DNA of 64,000 nt from Sulfurospirillaceae bacterium (GTDB lineage Bacteria > Campylobacterota > Campylobacteria > Campylobacterales > Sulfurospirillaceae), in NCBI GenBank assembly GCA_033723415.1, contig JAWVXD010000001.1:128001-192000 (forward strand), in the 5' to 3' direction. Under the pieces are notes generated by a model. That model was not told the origin of the DNA, searched no databases, and saw only the letters and a list, made by a program, of their open reading frames with translations. Below, one piece after another: positions 42,778 to 51,275 of the stretch. Each line of letters begins with the position of its first letter. Position 1 is the stretch's first letter. A program made the translations under genes and the position numbers.

Positions 42778-43356
42778 ATGGATAAAAACTCTAATAGGGC
42801 TAGTATGCATTTTTTTAGTATGCTTGATTTTATAGATTTGCAAATCAGTAGACTCGAGGGATTTATTCTGGCTATAGGTATTATACTGATGGCTGTAAAT
42901 ACTGTTGCAGGAGTTGTTAGCAGATATGTATTTAATGATGCTTTAATATTTACAGATGAGCTAAATAGACTTTTTATAGTTATGGTTACTTTTGCAGGTA
43001 TTAGTTATGCCGCAAGACTAGGAAGACATATTAGGATGTCAGCATTTTATGATGTCCTTCCACAAATTTTTAAAAAAATCTTAATGATATTGATGTGTAT
43101 TTTAACTGCCTATGTTATGTTTAGTTTGTCTTATTTCTCGATCTTATATATCTTAGATATACATCATACGGGTCGAATTTTGCCTTCTTTGGGAATACCA
43201 GCTTATATAATTTATTTGTGGGTACCTATAGGATTTTTTGTTACAGGCATACAATATGCCTTGACTGTGATAAAAAATTTCAGATACAAAGAAGTATATC
43301 TGTCTACTGATGTGTTAGACGGATATTGTGATATAGATCCAACTAGTGTGATATAA
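42778..43356 (+). CDS. teaB: TRAP transporter small permease (TeaB-like DctQ)
   Basis: 4 TM; DELNR, TFAGISYAARLGRHIRMSAFYD, IYLWVPIGF, EVYLST. Confidence 0.85.
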   Translation: MDKNSNRASMHFFSMLDFIDLQISRLEGFILAIGIILMAVNTVAGVVSRYVFNDALIFTDELNRLFIVMVTFAGISYAARLGRHIRMSAFYDVLPQIFKKILMILMCILTAYVMFSLSYFSILYILDIHHTGRILPSLGIPAYIIYLWVPIGFFVTGIQYALTVIKNFRYKEVYLSTDVLDGYCDIDPTSVI

Positions 43357-43362
43357 GGAATA

Positions 43363-44649
43363 ATGATGGGTATAACAATTTTTACTTTGATGGTCGCTTT
43401 ATTGTTACTTGGTTTTCCTATGATGGTTTCTTTATTGGCAGGCTCAATGGTAGGTTTTTATGAGTTGTTTGGCGATTTTCATAGAATGCAATTTATGATA
43501 CAGCAAATGATGGGTGGAATACGACCTGCATCACTTATCGCAGTGCCTATGTTTATATTGGCGGCAGATATCATGACCAGAGGTCATTCAGCAGAGAGAC
43601 TTATAGATTTGGTCATGTCATTTGTCGGACATATAAAGGGTGGTTTAGCAGTAACAACTTCAGCTGCATGTGCGGTATTCGGTGCCGTGTCCGGTTCTAC
43701 ACAAGCAACTGTTGTCGCCGTAGGTTCTCCACTAAGACCGAAATTACAAGAAGGTGGATATAAAGATTCATTTATCTTGGCATTGATCATAAATTCAAGC
43801 GATATTGCATTTTTAATTCCTCCTAGTATCGGTATGATTATTTATGGAGTCGTTTCTAAAACCTCTATACCAGAGCTTTTTATATCTGGAATTGGACCTG
43901 GACTTCTAATTCTCTTAATGTTCTCTGTATACAGTATTGTTTATGCTCGCATAAATAATATTCCGACTCAACCTAGAAGTAGTTGGAAGGACAGAGCACT
44001 TGCATTTTATAAGGCTTTGCTACCACTTGGATTTCCAGTTATTATTATCGGTGGGATTTTTACCGGTATATTTAGTCCAACTGAAGCTGCCGCGATAAGC
44101 GTTGTTTATGCGATTATCTTAGAAATGTTCATATTTAGGACCATGAGCTTAAAACACTTTTATGAAACTGCAAAATCAACAGGTTTGGTAACGGCGATAG
44201 TTTTTATACTTGTTGCTGCAGGTTCCTCTTTTGCCTGGGTTTTATCTTTTGCTCAGATTCCTCAAGCTGTTTTATCTAGCATCGGAATTCAAGATATGAC
44301 ACCGCTTGGTGTACTTGGAGTGATAAACGTAGCCTTTTTTGTAGGTTGTATGTTTGTTGATCCAATAGTGCTTATCTTGATATTGGTACCGATTTTTGCT
44401 CCTGTAGTGAAATCTGCAGGATTAGACCCTGTTTTAGTTGGTACGGTGATAACATTACAAGCTGCTATAGGTTCTGCAACACCTCCTTTCGGTTGTGATA
44501 TATTTACTGCTATTGCTGTTTTTAAAAGACCTTATTTTGAAGTTATCAAAGGTATCCCTCCGTTTACCTTTATGCTTTTGTGTGTTGCTGCACTGGTGAC
44601 ATTTTTCCCTGGAATTGCATTATTCTTGAGAGATGTAGCTTTTAGTTAG
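43363..44649 (+). CDS. teaC: TRAP transporter large permease (TeaC-like DctM)
   Basis: LIAVPMFILAADIM, FGAVSGSTQATVVAVG, IPPSIGMI, SPTEAA, ATPPFGCDIF. Confidence 0.88.
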   Translation: MMGITIFTLMVALLLLGFPMMVSLLAGSMVGFYELFGDFHRMQFMIQQMMGGIRPASLIAVPMFILAADIMTRGHSAERLIDLVMSFVGHIKGGLAVTTSAACAVFGAVSGSTQATVVAVGSPLRPKLQEGGYKDSFILALIINSSDIAFLIPPSIGMIIYGVVSKTSIPELFISGIGPGLLILLMFSVYSIVYARINNIPTQPRSSWKDRALAFYKALLPLGFPVIIIGGIFTGIFSPTEAAAISVVYAIILEMFIFRTMSLKHFYETAKSTGLVTAIVFILVAAGSSFAWVLSFAQIPQAVLSSIGIQDMTPLGVLGVINVAFFVGCMFVDPIVLILILVPIFAPVVKSAGLDPVLVGTVITLQAAIGSATPPFGCDIFTAIAVFKRPYFEVIKGIPPFTFMLLCVAALVTFFPGIALFLRDVAFS

Positions 44650-44657
44650 ATATGTTG

Positions 44658-44817
44658 TAGTCCATAGTGGATTATTTTATCTTGAAGGAGTTTGATAAAG
44701 ACAAAAATTCAAAAATGTAGATTTTTGTTTTAGACATGCGTTAAAGTCATCAACGACTGTATTGTGTCGTCTTTTCAAACTCCTTTTTTATATGCGGACT
44801 GCTAAGTCCGGCATGAC
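44658..44817 (+). other. Highly structured intergenic element (multi-stem RNA or MITE-like inverted repeat)
   Basis: AAGGAGTTTGA(T)AAAGAC 44685-44702 pairs with GTCTTTTCAAACTCCTT 44769-44785, encloses two sub-hairpins and is followed by a T-run; flanking hairpins at 44658-44674 and 44795-44810. Confidence 0.55.
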
Positions 44818-44893
44818 GGTCTTGACTTTATAGATTGTTGAATTTTTAACAAATTATAAATTATTTTAAAACAAATTTTACCAAGGAGATAAA

Positions 44894-46051
44894 ATGATTC
44901 CAAGATATATGTCTGCCATGTGTCTCATCGGACATGGCGGTGTAGAAAAATTGCTCTATCGAGAGGACGTTCGTATTCGAGAACTAAATCCTCACGAGCT
45001 ACTAGTAAAAGTTACGGCGACTGCAAAAAACAACACTGACAGAAAGGTGAGAGAAGGATTGTACCCGACAAAAGACAATAATGACGTTGCATCGTTTGAT
45101 ATGGGCGGAACATCTTCTTTGCAGTTTCCGAGAATTCAAGGAGCAGACGTAGTCGGTAATATAGTTGCAGTAGGCTCTGATATAGATTCAAGAAAAATAG
45201 GTGAAAGAGGTCTTTTAGATTTTAATATATATGCAACCGACAGTGAAGATATCAATTTGGCTCCGGATTATTACGGACATGGTGCAGATGGAGGTTATGC
45301 CGAGTACATAATAGTTCCTAGTAGTCAGTTTTATTTAATTAAAAATCCAGAACTTGCAGATGCAGAGTTGGCCTCTATGGGTATGTGCTCATATCAGACT
45401 GCATTACATATGCTTAATATCGCCGGTGTAAAATCAGGAGAAAAAGTTTTAGTAACAGGTGCAAGCGGCGGAGTCGGTACTGCACTGATACAGCTATGTA
45501 AAATCATCGGAGCAATTCCTTATGCTTTAAGTTCTTTAGATAAAGAAGAGATGCTTTTATCTTTGGGAGCTCAAAAAGTAATCGATAGATCAAAAATCGA
45601 GGATGTCGCGCAAAATATACTTAAAGCAACAAATGGGGAAAATATAGATGCCGTTATGGATTTACTGGGAGGTGAGTATACTAGTAGGCTTATAGATACT
45701 ATGATCGTAGACATGAATAAAAGAGATACTTACCCTAGATTGTCTATTGCCGGTGCAAGCGGCGGTAACGTGAGTGAGATCTTATGGACCAAGATATATC
45801 TTTATCAAGTGCAGATATTCGGCGTCTCCCACGGAACTAGGGTAGAGGCTAAGCAGTTGATAAGATGGATACAAGACAAAAAGTTGATACCTGTTTTACA
45901 CGGCACTTTTAAATTATCAGATTTACATAAAGCTGAAGAGTATTTTGTTTCAAGAGATAACAATTTCTTGGGAAAAATCGTGATTGTGCCAGATTCTGAA
46001 TGGAATAGGCATGGCGAAAAATTTAAAGTGAGAAAATTCTATGAAAACTAA
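44894..46051 (+). CDS. Medium-chain dehydrogenase/reductase, zinc-independent (QOR/enoyl-reductase-like)
   Basis: GroES-like N-domain with AKNNTD and IQGAD where Zn-ADHs have C-x-T-D and GHE; VTGASGGVG; GKIVI. Confidence 0.88.
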   Translation: MIPRYMSAMCLIGHGGVEKLLYREDVRIRELNPHELLVKVTATAKNNTDRKVREGLYPTKDNNDVASFDMGGTSSLQFPRIQGADVVGNIVAVGSDIDSRKIGERGLLDFNIYATDSEDINLAPDYYGHGADGGYAEYIIVPSSQFYLIKNPELADAELASMGMCSYQTALHMLNIAGVKSGEKVLVTGASGGVGTALIQLCKIIGAIPYALSSLDKEEMLLSLGAQKVIDRSKIEDVAQNILKATNGENIDAVMDLLGGEYTSRLIDTMIVDMNKRDTYPRLSIAGASGGNVSEILWTKIYLYQVQIFGVSHGTRVEAKQLIRWIQDKKLIPVLHGTFKLSDLHKAEEYFVSRDNNFLGKIVIVPDSEWNRHGEKFKVRKFYEN

Positions 46052-47069
46052 GCATGTTATACAAATCATCGATACGCATGCCGGAGGCGATGTCAGCAGA
46101 ATCGTAATAGGAGGAATAAAGGATATACCAGCAGACACAGTCAGAGGGAAGATGGAATATTTGTCTCAATACGCGGATGGTTTAAGGGTAGCTTTGCTAA
46201 GTGAACCTTATGGCATACCCGAAATGTCTGTAGATTTGATTGTCCCTCCTAGCAATAAAGAGGCTAAGGCAGGTTATATCATTATGGAGGAGATGGGTTA
46301 TCCGATATATTCCGGTTCAAATACGATTTGTACGGCTACTGCCTTATTGGAGAGTGGTCTAGTGGAAAAAAAGGAAGGATTTAACTATTTTAAATTAGAA
46401 TCTCCCGCTAGTTTGGTAGAGATAGAAGCTTTTGTAAAAGATGGAATTGTAGAGTCTGTTACATGTGAAGGATTACCTAGCTATATAGCCGAATACAAAA
46501 ATAAAATATATGTTCCAAATTATGGAGAAGTAACATATTCAATCGCTTATAGCGGCGGATATTATGCTCTTGTTGATGCAAAAGAACTTGGTTTTAATCT
46601 TGTCAAAGATGAAGAAAATGCACTTCGTCAGTGTGCGTATGCAATCGTAGAGGAAATAAATAAAACTAAAATATACAATCATTATGATTTAGGATTTGTC
46701 GGGAAGTTGCCGTTTTTGCATTTTATGGGAGAAGTTGAGAAAATAATCGAAGGAGAATACAGATCAAGGTCTACTACATACGTTCATCCTGGAGTTATAT
46801 GCCGAAGCACTACCGGCACAGGTACTTCGGCAAGATTGGCTTTTTTGAACTATGAGGGGAAAATCAAAGAAGGAGACAAGCTAGAAACTGTTTCTTTGAG
46901 AAATACTAAGTTTGTCGGAGAGTTTTGTTTTGTTGAAAAGAAATTTGGTTTTGATATCGTTAAAAATAAAATATTCGGTAGAAGCTATATCTTAGCAAAA
47001 TCAGATATTTTTATTGATTTAACTGATCCTATTCTAAATTGTGACACGATCTCAATGATTACTTATTAA
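46041..47069 (+). CDS. Proline racemase superfamily protein, Ser/Thr catalytic pair (dehydratase type)
   Basis: IDTHAGGDVSRIV, SEPYG, YSGSNTICTAT (Ser at Cys1), CRSTTGTGTSAR (Thr at Cys2); overlaps upstream MDR gene. Confidence 0.9.
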   Translation: MKTKHVIQIIDTHAGGDVSRIVIGGIKDIPADTVRGKMEYLSQYADGLRVALLSEPYGIPEMSVDLIVPPSNKEAKAGYIIMEEMGYPIYSGSNTICTATALLESGLVEKKEGFNYFKLESPASLVEIEAFVKDGIVESVTCEGLPSYIAEYKNKIYVPNYGEVTYSIAYSGGYYALVDAKELGFNLVKDEENALRQCAYAIVEEINKTKIYNHYDLGFVGKLPFLHFMGEVEKIIEGEYRSRSTTYVHPGVICRSTTGTGTSARLAFLNYEGKIKEGDKLETVSLRNTKFVGEFCFVEKKFGFDIVKNKIFGRSYILAKSDIFIDLTDPILNCDTISMITY

Positions 47070-47081
47070 GCAAAAAAACTA

Positions 47082-47112
47082 TTGACAAAGTCTATGAAAA
47101 AACGATAGACTT
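47082..47112 (+). promoter_or_regulatory. Sigma70-type promoter with overlapping inverted-repeat operator
   Basis: TTGACA 47082-47087, 18 nt, TAGACT 47106-47111; AAGTCTAT-N9-ATAGACTT 47088-47112. Confidence 0.6.
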
Positions 47113-47140
47113 ATTTATCTTTTTCGAAAGGAGCTGTACC

Positions 47141-47299
47141 ATGTATTTCAAAGTATCTCTTGTTAATTTTGTTTACGTCAGTATAGCAGTTTTGAAAAAT
47201 TTTATATATCCTTCAATCAGTTATAAAATTATAAAGCCGATTGATAGAATCTTCGCCCAATACAAAGCTTTAGCCATCAAGCCCAGACAAACTCACTAA
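47141..47299 (+). CDS. Small unannotated ORF, 52 aa (MYFKVSLVNFVYVSIAVLKNFIYPSISYKIIKPIDRIFAQYKALAIKPRQTH)
   Basis: AAAGGAG SD 7 nt before ATG, directly downstream of the promoter; below the ORF-track size cutoff. Confidence 0.5.
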   Translation: MYFKVSLVNFVYVSIAVLKNFIYPSISYKIIKPIDRIFAQYKALAIKPRQTH

Positions 47300-47420
47300 A
47301 TTTAAATATTCTTCACAAACAATCTAAATTGTTCATATGCTATGCATATTATGAATTATTTAAGCTAGTGAGTACTTAAACAAATATTTTAAAACACTAT
47401 ATATTTAAGTTAAGGAGAAA

Positions 47421-48662
47421 ATGATGGCAAACGAGATGGAATTATTTGAAAAGTATGAATCAGAAATAAGAGCTTACTGTAGAGCAGTGCCTACGGTTTT
47501 TAAATCATCGCAAAACGCAATAATGATAGATGAAAACAATAAAGAGTATGTGGATTTTTTTGCTGGGGCAGGAGTATTAAATTTCGGCCACAACAATCCA
47601 AAGATGAAAACTGCAATCATAGATTTTATAAATAGAAATGGCGTAGCACATAGTTTAGATATGTTTACCGATGTCAAAAGAGATTTTATAAAAACTTTTG
47701 TTGATACAATTCTTAAACCGAGAAACATGGAGTATAAACTACAATTTACCGGTCCTACAGGCACAAATGCCGTAGAAGCTGCACTTAAATTGGCGAGAAG
47801 AACAACAGGCAGAGTCAATGTAGTGGCTTTCAACAGAGGATTTCACGGTATGACTTTGGGTGCGCTTGCATGTACCGCGAATCAAGCTTTTAGGGGAGCA
47901 TCCGGAGTTCCTTTAAATAATGTTATTAGAGATACGTTTAATGACATGCAAGCATTGAGCAACCTGAGGCAAAAATTTGAAGACAGGGGTTCTGGACTTA
48001 TGCCGCCGGCTGCTTTTTTAGTTGAATCAGTTCAAGCCGAGGGTGGTGTGAGAGTAGGGCAGAAAGAATGGCTTCAAGGTGTTCAAAAACTTGCAAAAGA
48101 CTTAGGATCACTTTTTATAATAGATGATATTCAAGCAGGAAGCGGAAGATGTGGAACCTACTTTAGTTTTGAAGATCTGGATTTAGATCCAGATATTATA
48201 GTTCTTGCAAAAGGATTGGGTGGATTTGGTACGCCGATAGGTATGCTTTTGAATAAACCCAATATTGATTCCAATTGGAAACCGGGTGAACATACCGGCA
48301 CATTCAGAGGACAAGGTATCTCTTTTGTTGCAGGTAAAATAGGAGTTGAGTACTTTAAGAACAATGATCTTTTAGATGGAGTGAAAGAAAAAGGGAGCTA
48401 TATTAGGAGTAGATTAGATGCACTTCAAGAAATACATAAAGATTTAAAAATAAGACAAAAAGGCATGATGCTGGCACTAGAATTTTCAAATGCACAAATC
48501 GCCAAAGAGGTTGCAACGAAATGTTTTGAAAGAGGACTTATTATAGGTGCTTGCAGTACCGGTGAAATTCTTAAGTTTATTCCTCCATTGACTATAGAGA
48601 AAGATGTTCTTCAAAAAGGCATGGATACTTTTGTTGATGTCTGTTTAGAAGTTCTGGGTTAA
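47421..48662 (+). CDS. ectB: Diaminobutyrate--2-oxoglutarate transaminase (EctB-type class III aminotransferase)
   Basis: ESEIRAYCR, DFFAGAGVLNFGHN, KLQFTGPTGTNAVEAALKLAR, IIDDIQAG, LAK (PLP Lys), PGEHTGTFRG. Confidence 0.85.
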   Translation: MMANEMELFEKYESEIRAYCRAVPTVFKSSQNAIMIDENNKEYVDFFAGAGVLNFGHNNPKMKTAIIDFINRNGVAHSLDMFTDVKRDFIKTFVDTILKPRNMEYKLQFTGPTGTNAVEAALKLARRTTGRVNVVAFNRGFHGMTLGALACTANQAFRGASGVPLNNVIRDTFNDMQALSNLRQKFEDRGSGLMPPAAFLVESVQAEGGVRVGQKEWLQGVQKLAKDLGSLFIIDDIQAGSGRCGTYFSFEDLDLDPDIIVLAKGLGGFGTPIGMLLNKPNIDSNWKPGEHTGTFRGQGISFVAGKIGVEYFKNNDLLDGVKEKGSYIRSRLDALQEIHKDLKIRQKGMMLALEFSNAQIAKEVATKCFERGLIIGACSTGEILKFIPPLTIEKDVLQKGMDTFVDVCLEVLG

Positions 48663-48672
48663 GGGGGTTGGT

Positions 48673-50064
48673 ATGTCATATAGTAAAACATCATTTGTAT
48701 CTATAAATCCAACTACAGAAGAAATCGTTTGTGAAGTACCAATGGATACTAAGCAGGAGGTTCAGGCAAAACTAGAGCTTTCTTTAAAAACTTATAACGA
48801 ATATTGGAAAGACACCACATTTGAGCAAAGAGCTGATATTTTAAATAAAGTCGCAGCAGAGATGAGAGCCAATTTAGATGAATATGCAATTCCTATGACT
48901 TTGGAGATGGGAAAGCCTATAAAAGAGGCAAGAGCTGAGGTAGAAAAATCAGCGTGGTGTGCAGAGCATTATGCAAAATATGCGAAAAGCTATTTAAAAC
49001 AAGACAATATAGAGTCGGATGCAACTTTAAGTTACGTCCAATATCTTCCTCTGGGTCCGACTCTAGGGATATTGCCTTGGAATGCACCTTTTTGGCTTGC
49101 GTTTAGATATATTGCTCCTGCACTCATGGCAGGCAATACATGTGTCATGAAACATGACTCTCACACGCCAAAATGCGCAGAAGTTATCGTTCAAGCATTT
49201 ACCAAAGCAGGCGCCCATGAAGGGATATTACAAAATTTGACTATCGCCAGTTCTGATGTAGAATCAGTCATGAGACATCCGATAATCACTGCTATATCAT
49301 TTACAGGTTCTGTCGGTACAGGGTCAAAAATAGGTGCGATTGCCGGTTCTGAGATAAAACCTTGTGTTCTAGAACTTGGCGGTTCAGATCCTGCTATAGT
49401 GCTAAGTGATGCGGATTTGGAATCGGCTGCTGATATTATATCCTTGTCTCGTATGATAAATGCAGGACAGTCATGTATAGCAGCGAAAAGAATCATCGTT
49501 GAGGAACCAATCTATGATGAATTTATTGAAATGCTTAAAGTAAGATTTGAAAGATTAAAAATGGGTGATCCGATGGATGAATCCACTGATATCGGTCCTA
49601 TTGCTAGAAAAGAGTTAGTCCATGAGATGCATCAACAAGTAAAAAGATCCATAGATGCCGGCGCAAAGTTGGTGCTTGGAGGCAAAGAGTACACGGGCAA
49701 AGGATATTTTTATCCGGCTACACTCTTAGTTGATGTCAATCCTGGTATGGTGGTTAGTTGTCAAGAGACTTTTGGGCCTATAGGTGTGGTTATCAAAGCA
49801 AAAAATGCCGAAGAAGCTTTAAAGATTGCCAACGATACGGAGTTTGGGCTTGGAGCTTCAGTTTGGACTGATGTTAAAAGAGGCGAAGAGATAGCAAGAA
49901 AAATAGTATCTGGACAAGTTTCGGTTAACGGTATAGTGAAAACAGATCCTAGATTACCTAGTGGCGGTGTTAAAAAATCGGGCTTAGGTAGAGAATTGGG
50001 TCCTCATGGAATCAAAATGTTCGTAAATGCTCAACAAATTTGGATCGGTCCTAAAAAGGGCTAG
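48673..50064 (+). CDS. NAD(P)-dependent semialdehyde dehydrogenase (SSADH family; DoeC-like role)
   Basis: ILPWNAP, SFTGS, LELGGSD, NAGQSCIA, ETFGP, GGVKKSGLGRE. Confidence 0.9.
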   Translation: MSYSKTSFVSINPTTEEIVCEVPMDTKQEVQAKLELSLKTYNEYWKDTTFEQRADILNKVAAEMRANLDEYAIPMTLEMGKPIKEARAEVEKSAWCAEHYAKYAKSYLKQDNIESDATLSYVQYLPLGPTLGILPWNAPFWLAFRYIAPALMAGNTCVMKHDSHTPKCAEVIVQAFTKAGAHEGILQNLTIASSDVESVMRHPIITAISFTGSVGTGSKIGAIAGSEIKPCVLELGGSDPAIVLSDADLESAADIISLSRMINAGQSCIAAKRIIVEEPIYDEFIEMLKVRFERLKMGDPMDESTDIGPIARKELVHEMHQQVKRSIDAGAKLVLGGKEYTGKGYFYPATLLVDVNPGMVVSCQETFGPIGVVIKAKNAEEALKIANDTEFGLGASVWTDVKRGEEIARKIVSGQVSVNGIVKTDPRLPSGGVKKSGLGRELGPHGIKMFVNAQQIWIGPKKG

Positions 50065-50087
50065 TTTTTTTAAGGAGAAAACAAAAG

Positions 50088-51266
50088 ATGAAACTAGCTT
50101 TTTCAAAGAAAGAGTATATATCAAGAGTTAAAAGAGTTCAGCGCTTAATGAAAAAAAGGGATATTGACATACTTGTTTCCACAGATCCAGGAAATATGAA
50201 CTGGTTGACCGGCTATGACGGCTGGTCTTTTTATGTTCATCAGGGTGTTATTGTCTCTGTTAATGATGATGAACCTATTTGGTTTGGAAGAGACATGGAC
50301 AGAAGCGCTGCACTTTTAAAGTGTTATATGCAAGAAGACAATATGATTGCATATCCGGAAGAATATGTTCAGAATGTTGACAAGCATCCTATGGAATGGA
50401 TCGCAAAAAATATTTTTTACAAAAAAGGATGGCAAAAAGTTGTAATAGCCACTGAGATGGATACATATTATTACACTGCCGCTGCCCATCTAACCCTTGT
50501 TTCAAATCTTTGGAAAGCCAGATTTGTAGATAGTCAGAATTTAGTAAATTGGGCCAGAGGCATAAAATCTGATAAAGAGATTGAGTATATGAAGATCGCC
50601 GGAAAAATAACATCTAAAATCCATCAAAGGATATTAGATGTTGCCAGAGTCGGTATTCCAAAACATTTTGTTGTCTCCCAGATATATGAAACAGCTATTG
50701 CAGGAGTAGATGGTCTAAGTGGAGATTATCCGTCAATCGTGCCTTTACTACCTTCAGGGAAAGAGGCATCAGCATCTCATATTACATGGGATGAGAGATC
50801 TTTTAAAGCTCATGAAGGAACATTTTTTGAGATGTCAGGATGCTACAAAAGATACCATGCTCCAATGGCTAGAACGATTTTTATGGGTAAACCTGACCAA
50901 AAATTTGTAAATGCAGAAAAAGCAGTGTTAGAGGCTATAGATGCAGGGCTAGAACAGGCAAAACCCGGAAATAGGACGTGTGATATCGCCAATGCTGTGG
51001 ATAAAATCATGACAAAATATGGTATAGATAGACACGGGGCTAGATGCGGGTATCCAATAGGCGTTAGTTATCCTCCTGATTGGGGAGAGAGAACTTGCAG
51101 TTTAAGATCTTCTGATTATACTGTTTTAAAACCAGGTATGACATTCCACTTTATGCCTGGAATTTGGCAAGATGATTGGGGTATTGAGATAACAGAGAGT
51201 ATTTTGATAACAAAAGACGGAGTTGAAACTCTATGTGATTTCCCCAGAAAACTTTTTGTAAAATAA
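50088..51266 (+). CDS. doeA: Ectoine hydrolase DoeA/EutD (M24 fold)
   Basis: NMNWLTGYDGWSFYVHQ, HPME, LVNWAR..KS, SHITW, RYHAPMART, GYPIGVSYPPDWGERT.SLR, TFHFMPG. Confidence 0.93.
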   Translation: MKLAFSKKEYISRVKRVQRLMKKRDIDILVSTDPGNMNWLTGYDGWSFYVHQGVIVSVNDDEPIWFGRDMDRSAALLKCYMQEDNMIAYPEEYVQNVDKHPMEWIAKNIFYKKGWQKVVIATEMDTYYYTAAAHLTLVSNLWKARFVDSQNLVNWARGIKSDKEIEYMKIAGKITSKIHQRILDVARVGIPKHFVVSQIYETAIAGVDGLSGDYPSIVPLLPSGKEASASHITWDERSFKAHEGTFFEMSGCYKRYHAPMARTIFMGKPDQKFVNAEKAVLEAIDAGLEQAKPGNRTCDIANAVDKIMTKYGIDRHGARCGYPIGVSYPPDWGERTCSLRSSDYTVLKPGMTFHFMPGIWQDDWGIEITESILITKDGVETLCDFPRKLFVK

Positions 51267-51275
51267 GGAGTGTAT

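Noticed and set aside
44685..44733. Leader peptide or teaD remnant after AAGGAG
   Set aside because: The only candidate start (TTG) is 1 nt from the SD and the peptide has no USP resemblance
44894..46051. Classical zinc alcohol dehydrogenase
   Set aside because: Catalytic Cys/His and structural four-Cys zinc ligands are absent
47421..48662. Ectoine biosynthesis operon
   Set aside because: No ectA, ectC or ectD in the window; neighbours are catabolic and uptake genes
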